Below, in pieces: positions 7,512 to 16,421 of a DNA stretch of 64,000 nt; positions within the stretch are counted from its first letter, which is position 1, and every line of letters begins with the position of its first letter. Location: the IMG/VR virus record IMGVR_UViG_3300038427_000078; one strand, 5' to 3'. Below the pieces are notes generated by a model. The model was not told where the DNA came from. It saw only the letters and a program-made list of their open reading frames with translations, and made no database searches. The stretch comes from a virus. The position numbers were made by a program, and so were the translations under genes.

Positions 7512-10039
7512 TGGCATTCACAAAGTATTGCTCCGTGCAGGATGCGCAAGTCCTTGATGTCAAGGGATCTGCAACACGCCTGCACCTAGCCACACTCGAC
7601 AAGGTAGGGGACTACTCCAACTACCGCACGGGCGATGGCTACATGTATGTCCGCTTGCGTGCCATCTCCTCCCGCGTGAACAAGAACCACGACGGGTGGC
7701 CGAGCATCGAGCTTGCCGGTGGACCGAAGGTCTTCGAGCGTGTGTCCAGGCAGTCAAGCACCGGCTATACGCTGGCCGCTAAGGACGGTGACCCGGAGTA
7801 CGGATTCGCCACCTTCCTTGGCAAGCCGAACTTCATCGATCACAACAACAGCGACCCGGAGCGTTCACGCGGTGTCATCGTAGACTCGAAGTGCCGCGTC
7901 CTCCCGATGGAGCACCTAGCGTCCTTCGGTGACGACTACTGGACCAGCGGCACCGCTGACCCGGAGCACCTACCTCCAACCGAGATTGAACTCCTCATCG
8001 AGATTGACGCTCACCAGTTCCCGAAATACGCCAGCGCCGTTCGCAAAGGTGAAATCGATGGCTTCTCGATGGGCTGCGACGTTGACGAGTCCAAGTGCTC
8101 ACACTGCGGACACGTCGCGACCAACCCGACCGAGTATTGCTCGCACATCTTGATGAAGGGTGCCCACCACGACTTCAAGACTGCGGACGGGCAGCGCATC
8201 TCCAAGAAGAGCTACGAGAACTGCTACGGCATCAAGTTCTTCGAGATTAGCGCCGTGTTCGAACCAGCCGACGAGACAGCACTCGCCCGCGAGGTTGTCG
8301 CTGCCATCCAGACCGAGGGTATGCGCAAGGGCGCACCGGATCCTGGTGACGACACCTACTTCGGCGGCGAGGCCGGATCATCCCGCAAGGCTTACGACGC
8401 CATGATCAAAGAGTACGGTCATGAGAAGGGCGAGGAGGTCTACTACGCCACTCGCAACAAGAAGAAAGGCAAACACGCCCACCGCCTAGCCGAACACCCG
8501 GATCCACAGTCCATGGAGACAAAAGCACCCGACGAGGTTGATACCATGAGGCAGGAGAAAGTCTGCCCTCTCTGTGGTGAGACTATGGAGGGTCACTCAT
8601 GCGACGTGTGTGGTTTCGAGGAACCACCGGAGGGCATGGGCAACCCGGACTTGGAGAAGGCGAAAAAGGTCCGCGAGGAGGCCGCTGAACACGACGAACA
8701 GGAGGAGTTGAACCCTGCTCCTGAATCCCCACCCGGATCTGTGCCACAGCCACAGCCCGGTGGAGCGCCCGTAGGACAGGAAGAGAACGGCCCGCAGCAC
8801 CACCAGCACCCGCCAGCCGGGAGTTTCTTGCAGACTAGAAATCGGCAACCTACTGGCGCAGTAATGAGTGAGATGCGTTGGGCACCAAGAATTGACGAGA
8901 AGTTGGCTGGTCGGATCAACAAACAGGAGGTACCGATCAAAGGAACTCCTGCCCCGACCGGACAGCCGACACAAGTGACTGTCGTCAAGAGTCCAACACA
9001 GCCAGTCACAGCAGCGATGCGAAACGCCCAGGAATTGATCCAGGCAACTAACCAAACAGGAGACACCATCATGAGTACACAGCACACAGCCGATGGTGCC
9101 ACCCCACCGAGTGACACAGCCGCCGACACACGGGTTGACGTGACTGGCGTGGGTGGCGTCATCGAGCCAAGCAACGACGCAGCATCTAAGGCCGACGCAC
9201 AGGTCGATGTCACAGGCATCGGTTCAACCGGCGTCACGGACGTAGAGGCTGACGAGACAGACACGCTCCCGACAGCGAGCGAGACATCCGACGACAGCGG
9301 CTTCAACGAGGACAAGATCATCGAGGCCATTCCGACGAAAACCTACGGCGACAGCGACGGCACGGAGAAAGGGTTTACCGACCCCGTGACCGACACCGCG
9401 TACCCGCAGGACGCAGAGGTCTACAAGGGATCCAAGGTATCGTACGACGCTAAGCCGTTCTACGACCAGCCGGGACTCTCTGGTGGATCAGCGAACAAAG
9501 GCACCGAGCCTTCTGACCCGGTGGGCAAAGCAGAGGACCGTGTAGACGTTCTTCAAGCTGCGGCTACCCCGGAGAACAACTCTGGACCGACGAAGACTTG
9601 GAGCGGCACGGACGGCAACGCCATCTACCGCCAGCAGGATCCGGTCACCAACGAGAGCATCGCTCTCGGTGAGTCGAACGGAAACAACGGCGCGAACTGG
9701 ACAAGTCACGTCGTAGCCTGCCTCAAGCTCGCTGATCTAGAGGTTGACCTTGACCTCACTCCGAAAGAGCAGAAGTACGCTAGGATCGCTGAGCTAGACA
9801 AGCAGAGCGATGCCGAGATTGTCGCGCAGTTCAACATGCTATCGCGTGTACGCACTGCGGGACTCGCCAAGCTAGCCTCTAGGCGTCAGGCAGGAGTCAC
9901 CAAGCTCCCGGCTGCGTTCGGAGGATCTACGGCGGCAGGACGACGCTTCGCAAGCGCGGTCGATGGAGAGCTTATCGAGGATGCACAGCAGCCTCAAGAG
10001 CTAGCCGAGGACCAGCTTGACGCCTCGCTGTTCAGCTAA
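7511..10039 (+). CDS. Capsid maturation protease - scaffolding protein fusion
   Basis: FIDHNN, GFSMGC, CSHC..YCSH and FFEISAVFEPAD protease motifs, followed by a long acidic scaffold-like tail. Lies directly upstream of the capsid genes. ATG at 7511 preferred over 7424. Confidence 0.8.
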   Translation: MAFTKYCSVQDAQVLDVKGSATRLHLATLDKVGDYSNYRTGDGYMYVRLRAISSRVNKNHDGWPSIELAGGPKVFERVSRQSSTGYTLAAKDGDPEYGFATFLGKPNFIDHNNSDPERSRGVIVDSKCRVLPMEHLASFGDDYWTSGTADPEHLPPTEIELLIEIDAHQFPKYASAVRKGEIDGFSMGCDVDESKCSHCGHVATNPTEYCSHILMKGAHHDFKTADGQRISKKSYENCYGIKFFEISAVFEPADETALAREVVAAIQTEGMRKGAPDPGDDTYFGGEAGSSRKAYDAMIKEYGHEKGEEVYYATRNKKKGKHAHRLAEHPDPQSMETKAPDEVDTMRQEKVCPLCGETMEGHSCDVCGFEEPPEGMGNPDLEKAKKVREEAAEHDEQEELNPAPESPPGSVPQPQPGGAPVGQEENGPQHHQHPPAGSFLQTRNRQPTGAVMSEMRWAPRIDEKLAGRINKQEVPIKGTPAPTGQPTQVTVVKSPTQPVTAAMRNAQELIQATNQTGDTIMSTQHTADGATPPSDTAADTRVDVTGVGGVIEPSNDAASKADAQVDVTGIGSTGVTDVEADETDTLPTASETSDDSGFNEDKIIEAIPTKTYGDSDGTEKGFTDPVTDTAYPQDAEVYKGSKVSYDAKPFYDQPGLSGGSANKGTEPSDPVGKAEDRVDVLQAAATPENNSGPTKTWSGTDGNAIYRQQDPVTNESIALGESNGNNGANWTSHVVACLKLADLEVDLDLTPKEQKYARIAELDKQSDAEIVAQFNMLSRVRTAGLAKLASRRQAGVTKLPAAFGGSTAAGRRFASAVDGELIEDAQQPQELAEDQLDASLFS
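8861..8875 (+). promoter_or_regulatory. Intragenic late-promoter-like motif GTAATGAGTGAGATG
   Basis: Matches the motif inside the protease-scaffold gene. An in-frame SD (ACAGGAG) and ATG follow at 9071. Confidence 0.45.
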
Positions 10040-10078
10040 TCCATTAGCGGCACTTACTTTTTCTGACCCGCCGTCGCG

Positions 10079-10113
10079 GGAATAGATGAGAAGCATCCAA
10101 TCCCGGACGCTTC
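10079..10113 (+). promoter_or_regulatory. Late-motif variant plus 5' UTR hairpin for the capsid operon
   Basis: GGAATAGATG followed by the imperfect stem GAAGCATCC-aatccc-GGACGCTTC. Confidence 0.45.
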
Positions 10114-10137
10114 GTAGCAACCAAGGATGAAACAAGC

Positions 10138-10764
10138 ATGCAAGTAATTTACGACGATGCGAGTAACGTCAGGTTGACCGCGCAGAAGCGTTTGGTTAGG
10201 GTTGTCTATGGGCAGACGCAGATCACTCCGTATGCCTGTGTTCTAGACCCGTCGCTGCGTAACTCCGAAGGGGCTGTCGAAGTCCCTGGCGAAGCCGCAA
10301 CGAAACCAGTCAAACGCTCGAAAGCCGTCTTCACGTTCAGGAACTCTATCGTACCGGGTACGGTTCTTGTCAAGACGGAAGGCGAGTACGTTGTACCTGC
10401 TGCGGGTAACAAGGCAGATCGTCCCTTCGGCCTCTTGGGTCAATGGGTCGGTGGAACCTTCGACAACCTGAAAGGTACCAACGAGGTTTCAGCATGGCTG
10501 GGACCGGATGGCACCGTGGATCTGTTGAAACCAGCTTTCAACACCACGAACGCCGCAGGCCACTCGATCACTACGACTCTCGCAACGTCGAAGTCGGATC
10601 TAGAAGCCGATACCCGCTACGGAAACGCAGTGGTCGTCGCTGGCGCGAACAGCCTAGTCGAAGTTGTGACTGAGGTCGAAGCGAACAGCGCCGAACAAGT
10701 CGTTATTGGAGATGTAGTCGAACTCCTCAACGCAAATGTCCTACGTCTAAAGCTGAGGATCTGA
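10138..10764 (+). CDS. Capsid decoration / minor capsid protein
   Basis: 208 aa between scaffold and major capsid genes, with IVPGTVL and PFGLL motifs. Confidence 0.65.
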   Translation: MQVIYDDASNVRLTAQKRLVRVVYGQTQITPYACVLDPSLRNSEGAVEVPGEAATKPVKRSKAVFTFRNSIVPGTVLVKTEGEYVVPAAGNKADRPFGLLGQWVGGTFDNLKGTNEVSAWLGPDGTVDLLKPAFNTTNAAGHSITTTLATSKSDLEADTRYGNAVVVAGANSLVEVVTEVEANSAEQVVIGDVVELLNANVLRLKLRI

Positions 10765-10766
10765 TC

Positions 10767-11867
10767 ATGTCTGATTTCGAGAACTACAGCCGACAGGTAG
10801 TCGCTTCTGGTGACTACGAGGAGAGGCTAAAGGGAACTCCGAAGCTCTCCAAGAAGCAAAAGGTGGGACGCCTAGAAGCAATTCTAGCGGACAAGGGTAA
10901 CGCGATGCGTCGTATCGGTCAGGGAATGATCGGTCCGATTCAGATCCGTTTGAGGTACGAGGGAATCGTGCGCAACGTGCTCGTAGAGGACACGTTGGAG
11001 CGCGGACCGCTCATGCCTTACGACATCCTTGACGATCTAGGTCGCGCGTACGTGCTCAACAGCACGGACGATGAGGTCAAGATCACGCCCTTCGAGGGTA
11101 AGCAGGCATTCCCGTACCTATTCAGGGTTGCCACCTTCCCGCGAGTGCGCAAGGAGGATCTGTACTACCTCCGCGTGAACGCCGTCGAATACGCCCAGGA
11201 CGAATCTCGTCAGGCAATCCAGAAGCAGGAGGACGCACGTCTGGTCCTACTTCTAGAGAACGCCATCACGAACCTCGGTGAAGCCGTATCCGAAGTTGTC
11301 GGTCTAGCGCCGACAGGTGGTCGCGCAGTAGGAATCGCGGAAGGCCCGGTCGGGCACACGAACGAGCACACAGTCTTGATCGGAGCTAACGCCCCGCTTG
11401 AGCCTGCGGACTTCTACAGTGCTGTCACTCAGATCGAAATCAACCAGTTGGAGGCTCGTCGCGTGCTGGCACACCCTGCCGACATTCGTGACCTCTACAA
11501 TTGGGATCTGAACGTCACAGGGTTCCGCTTCAAGGACGAGGTATTCTCAGGAGGACGCATCACATCCTTCGGTGAGTTCCAGATCCAGCGTTCGATCATC
11601 ATCCCGCAAGGAGAGGTCTTCCTCTGCGCCGAGCCGGAGTTCATCGGGGTCTTCCCTGTCATGTACTCTCTCGATGTCGAGGAGAACCACCAAGTAGAGC
11701 AGTTCTACAAGGGATGGGTCATGGACGAGCTTATCGGGATGCTTATCTTGAACCCGCGTGGTTTGAGCCGTATCCTCAAGAGCACGTCAACGGCAGCGCC
11801 GGAAAAGCTCAACATCAGCGGCCTCGGCACTGGTGGACCGGCTGGCCCTGGCGAATGGTCACTCTGA
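10767..11867 (+). CDS. Major capsid protein (Bxz1-like HK97 fold)
   Basis: RIGQGMIGPIQIRLRYEGIVRNVLVED, YDILDDLGRAY, ITPFEGK and KEDLYYLR closely resemble the cluster C mycobacteriophage major capsid protein (from recall). Confidence 0.92.
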   Translation: MSDFENYSRQVVASGDYEERLKGTPKLSKKQKVGRLEAILADKGNAMRRIGQGMIGPIQIRLRYEGIVRNVLVEDTLERGPLMPYDILDDLGRAYVLNSTDDEVKITPFEGKQAFPYLFRVATFPRVRKEDLYYLRVNAVEYAQDESRQAIQKQEDARLVLLLENAITNLGEAVSEVVGLAPTGGRAVGIAEGPVGHTNEHTVLIGANAPLEPADFYSAVTQIEINQLEARRVLAHPADIRDLYNWDLNVTGFRFKDEVFSGGRITSFGEFQIQRSIIIPQGEVFLCAEPEFIGVFPVMYSLDVEENHQVEQFYKGWVMDELIGMLILNPRGLSRILKSTSTAAPEKLNISGLGTGGPAGPGEWSL

Positions 11868-11893
11868 TCCAAGTCAACAACATCGCAGCAACA

Positions 11894-11920
11894 AAGAAAG
11901 GCTCCTTCGGGAGCCTTCTT
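11894..11920 (+). terminator. Intrinsic terminator after the major capsid gene
   Basis: AGGCTCC-TTCG-GGAGCCT hairpin followed by TCTTGTT. Confidence 0.85.
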
Positions 11921-11949
11921 GTTCACCAGAAAGAGGCTCCCGAAGAGGC

Positions 11950-12306
11950 ATGTGGCAACATCGACTATCCAATATCAACGAGAGAACACGCACAGCTTTG
12001 TGTGAGGCATGCGGGCCGACAACCATACGCATTCGCAATAGCTCACGTTCCGGTTCCGCCAAGTGGAAGTGCAATGGTACCCGCTCACGCGAAAAGCGGG
12101 AAAGGAAGAACAACTCCTATCGTCGTCATTGCAAGGATCACTGCGAGCGTTGTCCGTACAAGACACGCGATCCCGTGCTCAGGCGAGATTTAGACGTTCA
12201 TCACAAGGACGGCGATCATTACAACGACGATCCAGCCAATCTCGAAACGCTCTGCGCCAACTGCCATAGGCTCGTCGGAGTAAAGGAGGCTCACTCCAAA
12301 GAGTGA
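11950..12306 (+). CDS. HNH endonuclease
   Basis: CERC..LDVHHKDGDHYNDDPANLETLCANCH. The ATG at 11950 follows GAGG. Confidence 0.85.
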   Translation: MWQHRLSNINERTRTALCEACGPTTIRIRNSSRSGSAKWKCNGTRSREKRERKNNSYRRHCKDHCERCPYKTRDPVLRRDLDVHHKDGDHYNDDPANLETLCANCHRLVGVKEAHSKE

Positions 12307-12314
12307 GCCTTCTT
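12283..12314. terminator. Probably bidirectional intrinsic terminator
   Basis: AGGCTCACTC-CAAA-GAGTGAGCCT hairpin between convergent genes. Confidence 0.8.
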
Positions 12315-12352
12315 GCCGTTCCGGTTCGTTTAGTTATGAGTTGGAACGCAAG

Positions 12353-12810
12353 TCAAGTCAGCGGATAAGTGATCGTGTCGATGTGGCAGTCGATGTAGTG
12401 TTCGGCTTTGGCTTCGCCTTTGCCGTTGCCCTGTAGAACGAGTTCGCCATTGGTTTTCAAGATGAACGCTTCTGTCCCGTATTCGTTCGTGCTACCCTCT
12501 TCTCCAACGCGGAGGTTGAGGGCTATGTTGTGTCCTGGCCTAACAGCCTCCGGGACGGTGAGGATCAAGGTGTTCGGTCCCTGCATGTTCGGCGTGGTGA
12601 TCCTGCCCGCAGTCGGACCGACTCGCCCTCGATCCTAGCGCCGAGGGTAGCATAGTCTGCATCGCCCTTCGTAGCGCCATCTTCGTAACCCTCGGCTAGC
12701 ACCACAGGCAGCCATGGACCGGGAGTAGCCAGCGCTAGCGCTTCCTTCGCGATGGCTACGGCGTCGTCGGCTACCGCAGTGGGCACGGTCGAAGTCTCAA
12801 ACGTACCCAC
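12353..12810 (-). pseudogene. Tail-fibre-tip-like protein split by a 1-nt frameshift (possibly sequencing error)
   Basis: Adding one G near 12607-12609 joins the two ORFs as ..GESVRLRGRITTPNMQGPNTLILTVPEAVRP.., the V.LRG.I...I.TLP..RP motif of fibre C-terminal domains. Confidence 0.7.
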
Positions 12811-12818
12811 GATGCTCC

Positions 12819-13565
12819 TTACAGTTTGCTCAGGTCTGCTTGTAGCAGTTCGACGTTGATGCCGAGGGTGTCTTTCTTGGCCTCAACCAACTGCTGTGGA
12901 ATGACTACCCACGCCTCAGTCAAGTAATGGGCGAGGAACGACGGGGTGACGACGGCGATGCCTCCCCAGGTGGCGCAGTGGAGTCCACCGTTCGGGCCGT
13001 AACCGAGAGCCACGATGCAGTGACCGTCTTCGGTCTGTTCACCCTGGAAAGTCCACGGTTCCCCTTTGGCGAACTGTTCCTGGGCGGTATTCGGGCAGGC
13101 GATGCCCAAGTAAACGGCCCCGGTGAATGCGATGGCCTGGTGCCACTGTAGGAGGCTGGTGGTAGACAGAGGAGCAAACCCGGCGATCTTCGTTCCGAAA
13201 ATCTCTTCCTCGTACCATGTTTTGAGGACGAATTCCTCGTTGAGTCCGGTGTCGCCTCCGCCTGTGAGACTGCGGTACTTGGTTTTGATCTGCGTGTCAG
13301 TCGGTGCAGCATAAGGCTCTTTGAAGAGAATGCTGCCTGCCCGGTTGAGATGATCTAGCCCCGCGATGGTACAGTCGCCTTCTTTTTCGTTGTTGTCCAT
13401 GGGGTACACTTCGATCCCTTGGGTGATCTGTTTCTGACCCGGTACTTCCCATGTCGGAGGCGGTGTTGGGAACGGAGTGGTCTGATAGACCTCAAAGTCC
13501 TTGAACTGCTTAGAGCGCGTTGCTTTGAGCGCGCCAGTCTCGTATTTGCGGGTGGATGTAGTCAT
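12819..13565 (-). CDS. Papain-like (C1-type) cysteine peptidase
   Basis: GDCTIAG (catalytic Cys), GHCIVALGY (His) and TWG motifs. Preceded by the late motif. Confidence 0.7.
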   Translation of the reverse strand: MTTSTRKYETGALKATRSKQFKDFEVYQTTPFPTPPPTWEVPGQKQITQGIEVYPMDNNEKEGDCTIAGLDHLNRAGSILFKEPYAAPTDTQIKTKYRSLTGGGDTGLNEEFVLKTWYEEEIFGTKIAGFAPLSTTSLLQWHQAIAFTGAVYLGIACPNTAQEQFAKGEPWTFQGEQTEDGHCIVALGYGPNGGLHCATWGGIAVVTPSFLAHYLTEAWVVIPQQLVEAKKDTLGINVELLQADLSKL

Positions 13566-13575
13566 CACCCCTTAC
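13563..13575 (-). promoter_or_regulatory. Putative late-promoter motif GTAAGGGGTG-ATG
   Basis: Motif copy ending on the start codon. Confidence 0.55.
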
Positions 13576-13673
13576 GTCACCGAGCACCTGTTTATTGGTG
13601 GTCGCCGTGGTAGAATGTATGAGGGTGCCATGGTGGTGCTCTTGGTCAAGTGAAATATAGGAAGGTGGAACCA

Positions 13674-14570
13674 ATGGCGACAGCCAAAACAACCGCGAAG
13701 CGTAAACCAGCGAAAGCACGCGCTCGCAAACCAGCAGCGAAAGCAGCACCGGCCCCGCAGGTAGAGGTCGAGGAGCAGATTGCTCAAGAGTACGATCCCG
13801 CGTGGCACGCGACCGTAGAAGCCTACGTGACGCTCCGTGACGCAGGAGCGCAGATCCCCGACGCCATCCGCATCCCTGTGGAGAAGTGGCTCAAGGATCA
13901 AGAGGCGAAACTCCGTGTCGAGCAGGCTCGACAGGCGGAGGACGCTGCAAAGCGTCAGAAGGCTGACGAGAAAGGTCCGAAATGGATCCGCAGCAACGTC
14001 ACTAGCGAATTCGTTCTACGCCTCGAACGCCAGGAGGACAAGCGCCGCCGCATCGAGCTAAAGCCTCGCGGCCAGCGCGGAGACTTGTTCCCACTCGAAC
14101 CGGGCGACGAGAAGGACCAGGGTGTCGTCACCAGCGTCAACGCTGGCTACATCGAGCTTATCGGGCAGACCGAGGCCGAAGATGTCATTCAGCACCAGAC
14201 GCAGAACATCCAGCGCGTTCACTCACCGATTGCCGTTCTCACCAACGAGAAGGGCGAACGGCCAGAGGGCGGGTTCAACGTCAAGGTCGAGACTGAGCAC
14301 GGCAAGCAGGGCGTCGTGGTCGGTGTGATCAAGCCAGAGGAATCACAGCGTCACGGGTTGGGTACGATCTACCGTCCCGAGCAGACTCAGCGATTCTTTC
14401 CGACCGGAGGCAACCCGGCTATCGTGTCCAGTGGATACGACCAGCCCGCGTTGGGCAAGGACGCGAAGGCATCCATCCTCGATGACCTAGCCCGTCGCAA
14501 GGGCGTGCAGGGTCGTCCCGAGGACGTGCTGAACCTCAGCGTCACCGTTGAGCCTCCGCAGAGGACTTGA
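13674..14570 (+). CDS. Hypothetical protein with basic AKP-rich N-terminus
   Basis: 298 aa with good codon bias. SD GGAAGG and extended -10 TGGTAGAAT at 13608-13616. Confidence 0.7.
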   Translation: MATAKTTAKRKPAKARARKPAAKAAPAPQVEVEEQIAQEYDPAWHATVEAYVTLRDAGAQIPDAIRIPVEKWLKDQEAKLRVEQARQAEDAAKRQKADEKGPKWIRSNVTSEFVLRLERQEDKRRRIELKPRGQRGDLFPLEPGDEKDQGVVTSVNAGYIELIGQTEAEDVIQHQTQNIQRVHSPIAVLTNEKGERPEGGFNVKVETEHGKQGVVVGVIKPEESQRHGLGTIYRPEQTQRFFPTGGNPAIVSSGYDQPALGKDAKASILDDLARRKGVQGRPEDVLNLSVTVEPPQRT

Positions 14571-14872
14571 TCATGCGCGAAGTCAAAGTCAACGGGAAAA
14601 CCCCGAAACGGAGTGGACTCACCCGCAAGGAGCAGCTAAGCGGGATCCTTGGTCGTATCCAGAGTGAGTACCGTCGCCGCAAGCGCAAGTTGCAGTGGCA
14701 GCTACTCATCGCGAAAAACCCGAGGAAGGCTCACTACCCGAACTACAAAGGCCAGGAGTACCAGGGACCAGAGGTAGCAGTGAATACCCTGCGTCACGCC
14801 AAGGAGGTCAACGAGCACTACCAGGCGCTCACGCCTCCTGACTTGTCGTTCAAGCAGGGACGCAAGCCATGA
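14567..14872 (+). CDS. Hypothetical basic protein
   Basis: Translationally coupled ORF with typical codon use. Confidence 0.55.
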   Translation: MIMREVKVNGKTPKRSGLTRKEQLSGILGRIQSEYRRRKRKLQWQLLIAKNPRKAHYPNYKGQEYQGPEVAVNTLRHAKEVNEHYQALTPPDLSFKQGRKP

Positions 14873-15141
14873 ACGTCAACGTTCGTCAGTACCTCAGCAA
14901 CTACCAGAGTTGGGAGCACATGGACCACGACGAACACATGGCATGGCTAGTGCGGCCTCTATCCAGGTGGTCGAAGATCCAGATCAAACTCCGCAAAATG
15001 AAGTGGGCCTTCAACACATGGCGTCAGCTACGCCAGCTTGACTACGAATGCAAGCACGAAGACCCGAAGGGCGGCGCTGACGAAGTGCTGTTCCTGCGGA
15101 GCCGTTGCACCCTAGAGCCTGAGCACAAGACTCAGGCGTAA
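14869..15141 (+). CDS. Hypothetical protein
   Basis: ATGA overlap with the upstream gene. Confidence 0.55.
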   Translation: MNVNVRQYLSNYQSWEHMDHDEHMAWLVRPLSRWSKIQIKLRKMKWAFNTWRQLRQLDYECKHEDPKGGADEVLFLRSRCTLEPEHKTQA

Positions 15142-15575
15142 ACGTCAACCGATGGCTGCGGCTGTTCTTGGCCGTACGCCATCGGATCGACTACCGGCAT
15201 AGGAGCCGGTTCAAGGAACTGCGGGTGTGCGCCCATGTTCGGTACATGCTTGCGATTCGGTACAGTCCACGACTGGACGCCTTTGTCGCCGGTCTTGGAT
15301 GCACCGATGGCCGGGTGATTCGTCATCTCTCCGACGTGGGTGGCAAGCTGCTTGACGAAGCCGTCCACCATCGGATCATCCTCTGCTTGAGTGACTAGGT
15401 GATGGACCGGGCCGTAGCTGTGCTGGTGCGGTCCCTCGATCCAACTCTCATGAAAGAGTCGGGGGTACTGAGCTAGGAGCCACTGGTGCGCTGCCTGCGG
15501 AAATTCCGGGTGCATCGGCTGACCCAGGTGATCCTGCGCCGGGATCTGCACTCGGTAGGTCGCTTGCTGTGCCAT
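15132..15575 (-). CDS. Hypothetical protein, putatively late-expressed
   Basis: 147 aa preceded by GTAATAGACG-ATG (15573-15585). Confidence 0.7.
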   Translation of the reverse strand: MAQQATYRVQIPAQDHLGQPMHPEFPQAAHQWLLAQYPRLFHESWIEGPHQHSYGPVHHLVTQAEDDPMVDGFVKQLATHVGEMTNHPAIGASKTGDKGVQSWTVPNRKHVPNMGAHPQFLEPAPMPVVDPMAYGQEQPQPSVDVYA

Positions 15576-15921
15576 CGTCTATTACAGTACCGTGTTCCTC
15601 GTAATGACAGTTGGCACAGAGGAGAGTACACTTCTCTGCCTCTTCGCGACCTTTCTTAGTATTGAATGTAGTCGCGCTAATGTGGAGGACTTTGGTGCTT
15701 TTGTCTCTATGATGGAAATGAAGCGCTCGCGCACAGCGTTTGTAGTGGCACAATAGACATCCTCGCTCTAGCTTGTACGCATTGAACTCATCCTGACGGC
15801 GCTTGTTATGCTTAGCGACCAAGGCGCGTTCCGCAGGAAGGGTTCGATAGCGAGCGCGTTTCCTGGCGCATTCTCGCTCACGATTTTCGGCGTAATACTT
15901 AGCTCTGTTTGTCGGCATCAT
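15448..15921 (-). CDS. HNH homing endonuclease
   Basis: GCLLC..ALHFHHRD..KCTLLCANCH. Its 3' end overlaps the next gene by 128 nt. Confidence 0.8.
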   Translation of the reverse strand: MMPTNRAKYYAENRERECARKRARYRTLPAERALVAKHNKRRQDEFNAYKLERGCLLCHYKRCARALHFHHRDKSTKVLHISATTFNTKKGREEAEKCTLLCANCHYEEHGTVIDDGTASDLPSADPGAGSPGSADAPGISAGSAPVAPSSVPPTLS

Positions 15922-16111
15922 CGTAGAGGCGAGAACGCCAGCCATGTTCGGGGTCGTAGTATTCATCCAACATTTTCTGTAGGATGGCTTCCTCGCAGTA
16001 GTTGTAGGTGCCGTCCGGACGCTTGGGGTGAGCGCGTGTCTCCTGCACCGTTCGAGCGAGCAGCGAGCGAAGCTCCATTTCACTCCACTCTCGCTTGCGA
16101 GACATGCCCAT
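15899..16111 (-). CDS. Hypothetical protein
   Basis: TGATG-coupled start at 16111 (MGMSRKREWSEMELR..). Confidence 0.55.
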   Translation of the reverse strand: MGMSRKREWSEMELRSLLARTVQETRAHPKRPDGTYNYCEEAILQKMLDEYYDPEHGWRSRLYDDADKQS

Positions 16112-16251
16112 CAGTTCGCCAAGATGACCAGGCCCGCGTTGAGCGTGTGCCACTCAACATCAGGGATGAAGGTGTAGGGCAGGTTGTGTACCTGGCAGTA
16201 CACTTGTGCCGCGAGGCGAAGCTGCTGTCGGCTCAGGAGCATCGGGAACAT
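16111..16251 (-). CDS. Small hypothetical protein (46 aa, not in ORF track)
   Basis: MFPMLLSRQQLRLAAQVYCQVHNLPYTFIPDVEWHTLNAGLVILAN, with TGATG overlaps at both ends. Confidence 0.55.
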   Translation of the reverse strand: MFPMLLSRQQLRLAAQVYCQVHNLPYTFIPDVEWHTLNAGLVILAN

Positions 16252-16421
16252 CAGCGCCTCCCGTGCTTTTCAGCAGCTTCCCGCTGCCGTTGATCTAGGG
16301 TCTTGCCGTGCGCCAAGCGGCGCTGCTCCCACCAGCCCTCGATGTCGAAGTGAAACCAGAGGGCCAGTGAGAGCATGTTGCCGATGAAGGAGGCAACGAC
16401 TGCGAGCAAGAGTGTGATCAC
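16251..16421 (-). CDS. Small membrane protein (56 aa, not in ORF track)
   Basis: MITLLLAVVASFIGNMLSLALWFHFDIEGWW.. has an N-terminal hydrophobic segment. GTGA overlap with the upstream gene. Confidence 0.6.
   Translation of the reverse strand: MITLLLAVVASFIGNMLSLALWFHFDIEGWWEQRRLAHGKTLDQRQREAAEKHGRR

Noticed and set aside
13619-13660. Trp-rich mini-ORF MRVPWWCSWSSEI as an attenuator leader
   Set aside because: The ATG is only 2 nt from the -10 box, and there are no attenuator hairpins or trp-related genes downstream.
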